From Selaginella moellendorffii (taxonomy: Eukaryota; Plantae; Lycopodiophyta): DNA of 64,000 bases. The notes beneath the pieces are model-generated. The model was not told the DNA's origin, did no database searches, and was given only the letters and a program-made list of their open reading frames with translations. This document shows, piece after piece, positions 1 through 11,265 of the stretch (position 1 is the first letter of the stretch; the number at the start of each line of letters is the position of its first letter). Made by a program: the position numbers and the translations under genes. The stretch lies in assembly GCF_000143415.4 (NCBI RefSeq), contig NW_003314296.1, forward strand, positions 440,505 to 504,504, read 5' to 3'.

Positions 1-1528
1 TCCCTAAGTTAGTTTTTTCCTATTTTACTTATGTCTTTCTTGAAGCTATTCTAAATGTATATCTCACAATCTCAAGAAGAGTAAAAACTCTTAAAACAAG
101 AAAAGTACCAGTCTTTTTAGAAGCTTTACTCACGTCTCTAGGCATAGATGGCTGGGATCTTCATTTCTCTTGTAACTCTTCCACATTGCATTAGCAGGCT
201 TGAAAGTTGTGCATCATCCTAGTCCATTTAAGTTGGAGTTCCATATAAAGCACACTAGGTAGTTTTATCTTGGTCACAAAATCAAGAAATTTGCCAATTT
301 AATGGAATTTGAGTTCTATTTGGGAAGACTCCTTCACTTTGGCAATGGTGGATCTATTCTTTGTTAGGCTTTCTCTCTTTGGATCCACCCTTCCATGGTA
401 AAAAACTTTATATTAATCTTATTGTGCTTTAGTGTGTTTATTATTGTTTAGCAGTAGGATAGTAAACAAGATTGCAACAATTAGGGTCTCTTCTCTCTAC
501 AGCTCTAGCAGCTAGGATTACTGATTTTTATTTGTGATTTTTTAGGAGAGAAAAAATATTACTAATGTGATTTAAACATTTTCAAGAACTTTGCCAATTA
601 GGTAGTATCAACAGTTGCAGATCTTGCTGGGTCCATGAAAACCAAGAGATTACCACCAGGATTAATAATGTGTTGTTGCTGGTGAAGATGTTTACTTGGC
701 TTATAAAGAATTGATTATTAAAAGTTTTAGGTATGGTTGGTAATATCCTTGATATACCATCACCTAGTGTTAGTTTCCATATGTTTGAGTAATATCTAGA
801 CAAGTTATCATCAGGATAGCTCTATATAAAGGACAGGTAAACATTTTTAGACTTCTCAATTGACTATATATCAACCATTAGATGGTAGAAAATACTAGAA
901 AATGTTTAGGAAAGTTTATGAATTATAAATACAAAATTAATTTAAATGAATAACAACAGTTAGATGGTAAAATATCCTAGAATATACAAGTATATTTTAG
1001 GTATATTCACTACCACTTTACTCCTCATACAAGTTTGCTTAAGCAAACCAGAAAATCAAGATAATGTATATAATATATGAGTAAGCAGTAATATTTAAAT
1101 TTTTTTCTAAATACAAATATAGTTTATTAGTACATAATACTATGGAATATAAGATTTGAATTTACTTATATATAATATATTTTTATAAAACATTTTCTTA
1201 GTAATTATTTTCTTAACTAGATCTGGGTATAACTAAATTATTAATAATTATTTTTAGTCAATATTTTCTTACTTGTTTTGATAAAATATTAATATAAATT
1301 AGTCCCAGTAAAAACATAATTTACATATAACATCTAATTAATATTAGAAATTCCAATTTTACTTTTTGTTGTGTTGGGGTATGTTCATATTTCTAAAATA
1401 TTATCTATATTTTTATTAATAAACACTTATTCTTACTTATATATTCATATTATCAAGTTGACAAGAGCAAAAATATTTATATAAAATCATTATTTTTATA
1501 TTCACCCAGCATTTGCTAATTATATATA

Positions 1529-2145
1529 AGAAGGAAAGAAAAAACAAACTAAATAGATTTGATGAATCACTATTGGCCACTTGGGCATGTCCTCAGCCTC
1601 CACCAAAGCTTATTCTCCTCGACGCTGGCGTATCTTCACCATCTTCGAGTTCCTAGGTCTTTGGCTGCCTGAAAATTCCAATGGAAGGAAAAAATAGAAG
1701 GCACACATCAGACTGCCGCTGCTGTGGCGCTCGCAATCATGGAAAGGAAATTAAAAATACACCACTTCTGTCTTAGCGTGCAGTGCCTTGGCAAGCCAGC
1801 ATGACGAGCACGCCCCCAAAACGAATATAACAAAGAATGAAAGACGGAGACGAGGAGTCCAGAATTAGTCAAGATTAACTTCAACAGCACATTTTTGACT
1901 TGTAATTGAATTTGGTTTCTTGATGGAAGGACTAAGATAAACATTTGTGGTTGCCCGTATGACGTGGTAGCCTCCACGAACGTCTTCCGAGTGTCCGAAT
2001 CAATATTGTGTTATAATCACCTGAAAAAAAAAATTTCTCATGGCATAAAAGCTCCCAAACCTTATAAAATAGGAATTAAATAAAAATTAGAGAGAAATAT
2101 TTTACCTGGTAGTTGTCATTTTGTTTAACTCCCAAAAATTCTCTC
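1529..2145. repeat. ~600-bp dispersed direct repeat, copy A (copy B at 6072-6714)
   Basis: Colinear shared blocks in both copies, e.g. aaaaacaaactaa..gatttg.tgaatc.ctattggc, ctttggctgcctgaaaattcca, caaagaatgaaagacggagacgaggagtccaga, gtatgacgtggtagcctccacga, gttataatcacctgaaa. Many substitutions and small indels. Confidence 0.9.
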
Positions 2146-3405
2146 TCTCGAGTCTGAATGGCCAGCGCAAAACTAAACGGGCACTTAAGCTGCATGGACC
2201 TGAACAGCTGTGTGTGTGCGACCAGGGATATGTTGCAGTGCGTGTCACCGAAAAGACGCCAGAACTATAATGTGGTCAGAAAAGCCCAAAGCACACGTTA
2301 CGACATCCTTGCGCATGAATCGTCTGGCCGTCGGTGAGCGACATGCGCTATTGTCTCAATGTTCACAACTTAGCTTATTCTTCTAAATGTATTGTTGTTT
2401 CTTTCTTCTTGTAAGGCCTATTCGTAAGGAAGAAGATTGAAACAATGGTGGGTAAGTTGCCCGTGATCAAAAGCCAACGTACATCTCTCTTTTCTCTTTT
2501 TCCGGGACAAAGAAGCTCTATTGATCTGAGAAAGGAGAGTGAGATTTAGAGGATTGTGCTTCAAAGGTCACTCGGTGGACGCTCTTTGCAGGTCTCATGA
2601 TGAAGCGTATGGGCTGATGTTAGAGATGGTGAAGAAAGGGGTGCTCTCCGCTTTCGCAAGCTGGAGGTCTTGATGGTACTCAAGAACATTAATTTTGAAT
2701 ATCTCTAAAAGAACAATAGCATACAGTAGAACAACCGACGCTTTAAGTCTCTTGAAGCAGATGATCCAGAATGAATAGTGATTGAGTTTATAGCCAGAGC
2801 GATAAATCAACTTTTTTTCTTCTAGAGTACGATCAGTGTTCTTCGACACTTGCTACCAAACAAGTTTGGTTGGTCATGCTAAAAGTGTGCGATTCACAGG
2901 AGCTGGAAGACTCCTTTAAAAGGCCGAGGAAACCACGGCTAGCTTGCCGGAGAGATCAAGGAGAGTGCTTCACGAGCAGGGTCATCAGATCACTCTGGAA
3001 AACCCGTGCGATTAATACCAAGAACACTGCCAGGTAATCGGCATCCTCTTAGACCTTTCATCTAATCTTGCTGAGCATCTTTGGCAGGCCAGGACCCAAG
3101 TGAATTGCGAGGGAGAAGCTTCGGCAGGAGGATCGAGCGGAGAGGCAGCGATGCCGTCCGAAGAAAGAAGAATCTGATCAAGCTCCAGAGGCAGCCTCCG
3201 GAGGAAACCAAACTCTTCCAGCAGCCAAAACCAGCGTCCATCCAAGGCTGAAGAGCTCTGGAGCTTATCGCAACGTCTGGAGCAGCGAAAGCTCCAAATC
3301 GGCGCACACACACTGCTGTCTTTTGCATCACGTCGGCCTGCGTGCTTTCAAGCTAGTCTGCCCTTCAACCTGTTCTTCCTCTCTACCATTCACGCTCCGT
3401 TTTCC

Positions 3406-4690
3406 ATGGCTTCCTCCTCGGCTCTAATTCTCGCCAGACCTTTGTGTCTGCTTTGCTTCCTCTTCCTTTTTACAGCTGCAAAGAGGACACCTATTCCAAT
3501 CCGGCCAGCCACAAATGCCTCTGTTCACAATCCAGAGCAGGACCACCTTCGGGCTTTGGCGATCGTGGACCGTGTGCCAATTCCTGTCCAAAGCAATCCG
3601 CTGGTGATGCACCTGAAACGTGGCACCATGGGAAATGCCAAAATGGAAACCCTGATTTTCGACACAGGAAGCCTTCTAACATGGATCCACAGATCTGTAG
3701 AACAATCTTCTTCCTGGACAGTCATAACGTGCACTGAGTGCCCAGACGGTTTAACCTTTAGATGCAATGACAACAACAAACAATGCAAATTTAAGGTGTC
3801 CTACATGGGAAATCACTCAGTTACAGGGATTATGGTTGAAGATTTGATAGAACTGGAAACAGATGATCCGGAGCAGAGGGATGCTAGATTTGTTATGTTA
3901 GGGGTAGGGACAGGGCTGGAAAACTTTGACTCTCTAGACTGGACAGCGATAGATGGCATTGTAGGCTTTGCCCAAGGGACTTTTGGTTTGGTACATCAGT
4001 TTCAAATCAGAAAATTTGCTTATTGCCTGACTGATAGGTACGAGGGATTAGTGTACTTAGATCGTTTAGCAGACACACCGTACCTTATGCTTGGTTCTAG
4101 GGAATTGGGAGAATGGAGTTATAACCAAATGCGAGCAAGACCAGATAGACAGTATATGATCCAGTTGCTATCTATATCCTTCAACGGGAAGAACTTTAGA
4201 CCACCAACCTACAGAAAATCAAATTATGTGGTTTTTGACTCCGGTACGAAAAGTACATTTCTGATCAATCAGCTTTACCAGCCAATCATCCAAGAAATTA
4301 ATAAGTACTTTGAGAAGGAGTTGGGCTACGTGAAAACGGGGCGTGGATGCTACGCCCCAGATGGGCAACGGCAGTATACGCCCCGACCACGATTCAATCC
4401 AATCACGTTTCACTTCGAGGGTGGCGATTTTACTGTAAGTTCAAAAGACCCATCCATTTTTATTGCTTTGAAACTCTTTCTTTTTCTTCTTAAACCAGGT
4501 TAAACAACTAAACTTCATCACAGTGCAGCTGCGTGAGTTTTATTGTCCTGAGCTAGCATCCTTAGAAATCAAGGACGAAGAGGGCGATGCAATCATGGGG
4601 ATCTTTAGCTACGCAATGCAGCGAGATCATATGATTGTATATGATCTGGAGGAGTATGAACTGTCATTTGCTGAATCTTCTTGTCCTTAA
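3406..4690 (+). CDS. Secreted A1-family (pepsin/nepenthesin-like, TAXi_N/TAXi_C) aspartic protease, 2 exons (3406-4434, 4499-4690)
   Basis: N-terminal signal peptide, catalytic LIFDTGS and VVFDSGT motifs, and DGIVGF...KFAYCL. A 64-bp GT-AG intron (4435-4498) restores the typical C-terminus ...GIFSYAMQRDHMIVYDLEEYELSFAESSCP*. Confidence 0.88.
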
Positions 4691-4704
4691 CAAGCTTAAT
4701 ATGG

Positions 4705-5009
4705 AATAAACTTCGGGTTAGAAAGAATGTACATGCCTCAAGAATCCGCGAGTGTAGAAGCTAGGGACCTGCACGGGCATCTCGCCAGCTATGGCTTCGA
4801 TACCCGGGCAATCTCCTGGTAAGAATGTATGGCGACTGCCAAGACGCCCGCGCTGCCTTCGAAAGGATCATCGATCGCAATGTCTACTCCTGGACGATCC
4901 TTTTCGCTGCCACGCTCCAATCCGCTGGATTCCACCACGCTAATGCCATGCCGGCATGGCACTCGTGTCCTGGAACTCGATGCTCAGGGCCTGTGCCCAG
5001 AGCTGCGAG
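4705..5009 (+). pseudogene. Truncated, deletion-riddled copy of the 5' end of the PPR gene at 11266
   Basis: Aligns by eye to 11237-11613 (gctagggacctgcacgggcatctcgccagctatggcttcgat; gacgcccgcgctgccttcgaaaggatcatcgatcgcaatgtcta) with several short deletions and frameshifts. Confidence 0.9.
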
Positions 5010-5365
5010 CCCTAAAAACATGTATTAACTATTGGAAAATAAATTCCATTAAATAGATTCCTAGTTCTAATTGTGTTGAAACGGCCATTTGGTTTTATGC
5101 CGAGTAACCCTGTATGGATTTGATTGTGGTGATGGCCATGGTTACTCAAGGAATGTAAAATAACAAGATCAGGTATGTTGATGGGAACCTCAATTCTTGC
5201 AGCAAGGGAAGGTCCTTATTATCGTAATTTACGACTGAGCTCGAAAGGGTGACTGCTTGAAAATACCTTGATGAGATGGACGTAAATAGAGATGGCAATA
5301 TTGCAAGCTGGTGTTTGGCTTGATAAGCCGCATGACATTCGCGACAAATTCATCTGGCAACGCAA

Positions 5366-5830
5366 AGACAGAAACAAGGATGGGATGGTGTTTTGGGCTG
5401 GTTCGAGTATGCCATGGATTATCTGGATTGGAAGATGATGATGCTACCGAGTGCAATCCCATACAAAAACTTTGGCTTCCTATTGCCAGAACACTATCAT
5501 CAATCCTATTACAATGCCTGTGATGAAAATGGTGATGGGGTTCTTAACTGGGTGGAGTTCAAGAACTGCCTGAACCCAGAGAGGATTAAGGGCAACAACG
5601 GCAGAAAATTGCAAATGTGGTTGTACAATGTGCAAGATGCAAACAAAGATGGGAAGATCGACTTCAGCGAGTTTAGCCAAGCTTTTGTTTACTACCACCA
5701 TAACAACTTTTGTACACATCGAGAGCCTAACAATGAGACTGAAATCTTCATGAGGTTCAACTCAGTAGAGATTGTGATGGTTTCTTGACTCCAGCTGACG
5801 GGTTTGCGGAGATTTTAGCAGCGTATGAGG
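5366..5830 (+). pseudogene. Calumenin/reticulocalbin-like multi-EF-hand fragment
   Basis: EF-hand loops DENGDGVLNWVEF and DANKDGKIDFSEF, plus an upstream out-of-frame loop DRNKDGMV at ~5368. Frameshifted, no clean start. Confidence 0.65.
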
Positions 5831-6071
5831 CTCCCCGTGATCCAAGCTTATGTCTTAAAGCAAAAGAGATTGTTCCATTCCCATTGGCAAGCTTGAAGGT
5901 GGAAGAGATTCTGGCTACAGACTGGATTGCGAAGATGATTTTGTTAACAAAAGCAGATCGATCTTGATTTGATCCCCTGTTTATGTGTTGATAAACCTTA
6001 TTTGTCTGATTTTCTCTGCGTAGTTTTGGCTTTCGTTGAATTTAATCAAGAGTTTGTTTTAGTTTGCAAGT

Positions 6072-6714
6072 AGAAGGAAAAAACAAACTAATCAGATTTG
6101 GTGAATCGCTATTGGCTGTGCCTTCGTGGGGACGTCCCTCAGCCTCGAAAGCTCATCACTCTGACGACGCTGGCGCATCTTCACCATCTCCGAGTTCTTC
6201 GCTCTTTGGCTGCCTGAAAATTCCAGTGGAAGCAAAAAACTAGAACGCACATTTCACACCGCGCCGCTGCTGTGGCGCTCCCGCCCTATTGCAGCACGCA
6301 ATCATCTAAGAAAAAATACACCACTTCTGTCCTCTTTCAATTAGCGCGCCGTGCCTTGACAAGCCAGTATGACCCGAGCACACCCCCAAAACAAATCTAG
6401 CAAAGAATGAAAGACGGAGACGAGGAGTCCAGATTCCAGAATTAGTCAAGATTAACTTCAACGAACTTCAATTGGTCAACACTTTTTGACCAAATTCCAC
6501 TGTAATCGAATTTGGTTTCTTGATGGAATGACTAAAATAAACGTTTGTGGTTGCTCGTATGACGTGGTAGCCTCCACGACCTGAGTTCCATAACAACATG
6601 TTATAATCACCTGAAAGGAAAAGAAGAAAATTTAAGCTTTAAGAAGTGGTATAAAATAGGACTTAAATAAAAATTAGGGAGAAATACTTTACCTTAACTC
6701 CCAAAGGTTCTCTT
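6072..6714. repeat. ~600-bp dispersed direct repeat, copy B
   Basis: See copy A. Similarity ends where the Copia RT/RNaseH sequence begins (~6720). Confidence 0.9.
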
Positions 6715-6719
6715 ATTTC

Positions 6720-8460
6720 TTTGGAGGGGCTCTTTTTGAACATGGTAGCACAATCCAAGGTAAGTAGTACCACAAAGGTACCTGAAGATGCGTTTCACCG
6801 CTGCCCAATGTTGAGATCCAGGATTAGCCAGGAATTGGCTAACTTTGCTCACGGCAAAAGAAATATCTGGGCGCCTACAAACAGCTGGATACATGAGGCT
6901 GCCAACAGCTTGTCTGTAAGGGATGGAGTCCATGGCTCTCTTGTCGTCCTCTGTCTCAGGAGACATGGCTCGGGAAAGTTGGCAGCCTGGTTCCATTGGT
7001 GTCGCCACTAGATTAGAGCTTGTCATAGAAAACCTGGCCAGCATCTCTTCTATATACTTGGCTTGGTGATGCGTTGAGAGCGATCATGCACAACTTCCAT
7101 GCCAAGAAAGTAGGGAGCCAAGAGTTTTCATCTCGAATTGGCTGCAAAGATCTCGCTTATCCTGGAGAAACAGTAAGCAATGATTATGGGTGACAAGAGT
7201 ATCATCAACATAAAGAGCGATGATCACAAATGATTCACCGTCCACCCAAATATAAAGATTCGGGTCTGCCTCGCTACGGGAAAGGCCCACACTTAGTATA
7301 AAATCGTCAAAGCGTTTGTACCGGTGCTTGTTTCAAGCTGTAGACAGCTTTCTTGAGAAGCCAGAGATGATCCTCTTTTCCAGCGGCTAGAAATCCTTCT
7401 GGCTGTGCCATATAGATTTCTTCTTCAAGCTCGCCATAAAGAAACGCCGTGGTCACATCTGTTCCAGATCAAAGTCTCCCACCGCAGCAAAATTAATCAA
7501 GGAACGAAGAGTAGAATGCTTAACCATTGAAGCGAAGGTGTCGTTGTAGTCAAGTCCAGGAACTTGCGAGCATCCTTTCGCCACCAATCGCGCCTGGCAA
7601 TTGGAAGGCACAGTAGGAACAAGAACATGTGTCTCGTTCTTGTGCTGTGAAGAAATCTCGGCTTCCTTTGCTACACGCCAGTAAGACGCTTCCTGTGAGG
7701 CCATGGCTTCTCCATAGGCCCTCGGAACAGTAGGAGTCCCAGCTGCACGAGATGAGACCATTGCCTCGATGAGACGCTCAGTAGGCCGCCTTGTGCGGAT
7801 CGATCTGCGTGGAGGATTTGGAGGAGGCGGCGGCATTGGTGGTGTTGGAGTAGAAGCGGGTTGATGCGTAGCGGCACAGTGATCGTGCCGACAGTCAACT
7901 GGTCTTGTTCCGCTTCAACGTCATTTTCTTCGGTCAGGGTAGGTCTGGATGTGGAAGGAAGAAACGAATTCTCGTTGAAAACCACATCTCTGCTCAGGAT
8001 CTCCTGCTTCGTGATTGGATTCCAGAGACGATAGGCTTTGTGATCGAGGCTGTAGCCCACAAACACAGCCTGCTGGCTCTTGGGGTCCAATTTCTTGCGC
8101 ATTCCATCACACTCACACCCGAATATTCTCAGATGCGTAACTGTAGGTTCTTGCCAGTTGCCACTCCATGCTTCTTCAGGAGTGATGCCAGCGAGCGCAG
8201 AGGTGGGGAGCCGGTTGTTCGCCGTCAAGACAGCGTGAAACCAGAAGCTTAAACCACTGGAAAGTCACTAGCGTGCGATTCTTGTGCTTAGCTACGCCAT
8301 TCTGTTGTGGAGTCTCTCGCGTTGTAAGTTCTCGCACAATCCCACCTTGCTCACACAGCTGGTTGAAAGCATTGGAAGTGAATTCGCCTCCATCATCACT
8401 TCTCAATCGCTTAAGCATTTTCCCAGTTTGTGTTTCTCCCAGTCTGGAAGTAGTGTAACG
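6720..8460 (-). mobile_element. Degenerate Ty1/Copia pol fragment (integrase, RT)
   Basis: Integrase LRSDDGGEF...TPQQNGVA, SH3-like HLRIFGC..KKLDPKS..FVGYS, RT ARLVAKGCSQVPGLDYNDTF, ALYVDD and YRQAVGSLMY..RPDISFAV. Multiple frameshifts. Confidence 0.95.
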
Positions 8461-8494
8461 ATCGGGATTTGCGAGCCATAGTGTAGATCATAGT

Positions 8495-8960
8495 GTGACG
8501 ACTGTAGTCATCTATGAAACAGAGAGCCTTGGGCAAATTCCACGCAGTGCTGGAGGGGCGAGAATTCCATTGCATTGCAAGGGTGCAAAGGAAGCATGGG
8601 AGGTCATGAAACAGGCTTACCAGATCCCTTCAAAATCCCATCACATTTTTCTATGGAAGCAGCTTCATGCACTGGTGATGGCTGAAGGGGACAACCTCAA
8701 GGATCATCTTGCTGCTGTGCGAACAATCCTAAATGATCTTAAGGATGTGGGAGCAAGCATAAAGGATAGAGGAAGTGTGATGAGCACCAGTTCTGCTTCT
8801 TCTTCATCCTCTATATTTGCTTCCCCATCCTTCAGATCATCTAGGATTGTTTGCACAGCAGCAAGATGATCCTTGAGGTCGTCCCCTTCAGCCATCACGA
8901 GTGCATGAAGCTGCTTCTATAGAAAAATGCAATAGGATGTTGAAGGGATTTGGTGCACAG
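8495..8960. mobile_element. Two Copia gag fragments in opposite orientation forming an inverted repeat (arms 8619-8767 and 8806-8954)
   Basis: Both strands read MAEGD(N/D)LKDHLAAV..IL.DLKD.(G)A.I.D, the UBN2-type gag segment. 149-bp arms with 16 mismatches by manual count (~89%) and a 38-bp spacer. Confidence 0.9.
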
Positions 8961-9186
8961 TCAGATTTGAGGTGGTGGATTTGGAGGCAGATTTGTAGGA
9001 ACAATGGCTGCCAGATGCCCAATCCCACCACTCGTTCAAGTCTAGGTCCAGGTTCTTAGTCGTCCAGTGCCTCTAAGAGCACTTGATTAGGGCATGCCTC
9101 TGTCTACGTAGACGGAGGCCCTGATTCACCCTAGCAAGTGTTGCTCTGATCCTACGGTTTCGAATTCTTCTCGCTCTCTAGGCATT

Positions 9187-9198
9187 GCTCCAATACCA
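9187..9198 (-). promoter_or_regulatory. Possible degenerate tRNA-iMet primer-binding site of the minus-strand Copia gag
   Basis: The minus strand reads tggtattggagc vs consensus TGGTATCAGAGC, ~230 bp upstream of the minus-strand gag fragment. Confidence 0.4.
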
Positions 9199-9899
9199 TC
9201 TAACGAAAGATGAAACCGTACAATGGAAATGTACATATGTACTGTTGGTCTTGACTGCCCGAATGCGTTCAGAGAAAAATAAAAAACTTAAATTGTGCCC
9301 TAAATAATTCTAGCGATTGCAACAATTGGATTCTAGCAATTTAGCACAGTTGAACAATAGCATCTAGCAATTCTAACATAGTTAAACAATGGCACTTGAT
9401 TAGGTATGGTCCCATGTTGCCAAGTTGTCTGCTTATGCTTTTTGTAAAGGAATTGAGCATTGGAGGTTTGCTTATGCTTCCCGCAAAAGAGTTGAGCATT
9501 GGAGATTTAATTATTTGTGGAAAAATGTATAGTGATTTTCCAAAATGAATTAAAGTGCATTTTATAAAAAATTTTGAGTATGATATTGAAGTATGTAGTG
9601 TTTCAAATATTCCTCTTCATGTCCAAGAACAAATTTATTAAATGTTTATGAAGAAAATCACAAATACCCCTTTAGCATCAATCAAAAAAAAATTGTGAAC
9701 TAGTGGGCCATTCACGGTTATAACCACAATCAGCCAATCAATCAATTGCCATTCAAAATAGTCAAAACCAACTTTATGTGTGACACAATGAACCAGTGAA
9801 GACTCATGTCTCTCCACATGGATTAGCCACTTTCTGCAACCACTAGATATAGGTGTATAGACACCATAAAAGACACTAGACTACTATATATCTACTCTT

Positions 9900-11200
9900 G
9901 TTTTTCAAGTGTTTGAGGTGCTTGTGTCATGCTGAGATGGAGTATAGCTTCCATGGGGGTTCAACTCAGCTAATGCAAACTTAGCAAGGATCTCCTCCAT
10001 ATCCTTATGTTGAGATCTTAATGCTGAATTGAGCTGCATTGCCTGAGATCTTAATGCCTAAGCAAAAAAAAGCAGGGCTGGGATCCACCATCTTGAAGCG
10101 TGCTTGAAGCTCACGTTTAAACTGTTGTGATATTTTTCTTGTAAGACCAAAGAGGAGACAGTCATCCACATATAGAGCAAATCAAACTTTTAAACTTGTG
10201 TAGATAGACATTTGTGTCACTTGAAGTGTTAAAGAAAGCCAATAGAAAGGAGATAACTATTCATCTTGGCATACCATTGCCTTGGAGATTGCTTCAGTCC
10301 ATATAAAGCCTTCTTAAGCACTCCTGGCGCTCCTGGCCTGGGACAATATATCCTTCTGGCTGAAGAACATGAACTTCCTCATTGAGATTGCTATAGAGAA
10401 ATGGTGTAGTGACATCAAGCTCCTCCACTTTGAATGCTCTTGGGCAGCAAGATTAATTAGCATGCAGATGGAGGCATCTTCACAACTATAAAGAACATTT
10501 CATTGTAATCTGAGAATAACCTTTTGTTACTAATCTGGCCTTATATTTGACAATACTACTGTCCATGTGAAAAATTCACATCATCTTGATTGGCTTCCTA
10601 ACTTCGGGTAAATCAACAAGCTCTGAAGTATCATTCTCCATCAGGGATGAGTACTCCAAATTTGCAGCTGCCTGTCGCTGCTATCACTTTGGACTGGAGA
10701 AAGCTTTCATGCAAATTCTTGGGGGCTAGAATATCTTGCCCTTCAGAGAAGAGTAGTTGAAAAACTGGGGAGGAAGCTTGAGGATGGTTTGCTTTAATGT
10801 TGGAAGAGCAGAAGGATAGTAAAAAGCATCGGAGTTGCTAGGATCAATCTGGGCATGGTCCCTAGCTTGAGCTTGTGGAGTTTGGTAGATCTGTGAGGTT
10901 GAGGATGCTAAGTACTCCCATCTAAGCCTAACTCCCCTAGGTCATGCACTCCCGAGGCTGCATGACCTGTGAGCTGCCACAGTGCCTCCAGTAGTAAGAG
11001 TGGAGTTGCACTTCCAATACCGAATAGTGCTACAAGTGCTCCCACCCTAGAAGCAGAGTTGTCTTCTTCTCTGTCATTGTTAATTGCCACAAACTGTTGA
11101 CACTTGACTGGGGGCTCGATGGCTGTGGGAAGACTGGGAGTAAGATAAGTCAGAGGCTCACACATCATGATTGGGGAAGATTTTTGAACTGGAAAGGCTG
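9900..11200 (-). mobile_element. Second, more decayed Ty1/Copia RT remnant
   Basis: Manual minus-strand translation gives [17 protein letters not shown] (~10335-10380), [19 protein letters not shown] (~10262-10320) and ALYVDDCLL (~10152-10180). Boundaries approximate. Confidence 0.8.
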
Positions 11201-11265
11201 TTGAACTTATAAGCCTTCATGTGGTCACCATAACCAATAAACTTCAGGTTAGAAAGAGCTGGAGA

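Noticed and set aside
1-1528. AT-rich tract with stop-riddled reading frames (incl. ORF 582-803)
   Set aside because: No recognisable domain, TIRs or TSD. Probably decayed TE or pseudogene sequence, but not assignable.
2400-3330. Splice-site-like signals and PPR-like snippets (DEAYGLMLEMVKKG, DALSLLKQMIQN)
   Set aside because: Could not build a consistent exon model. Too short and degenerate to call.
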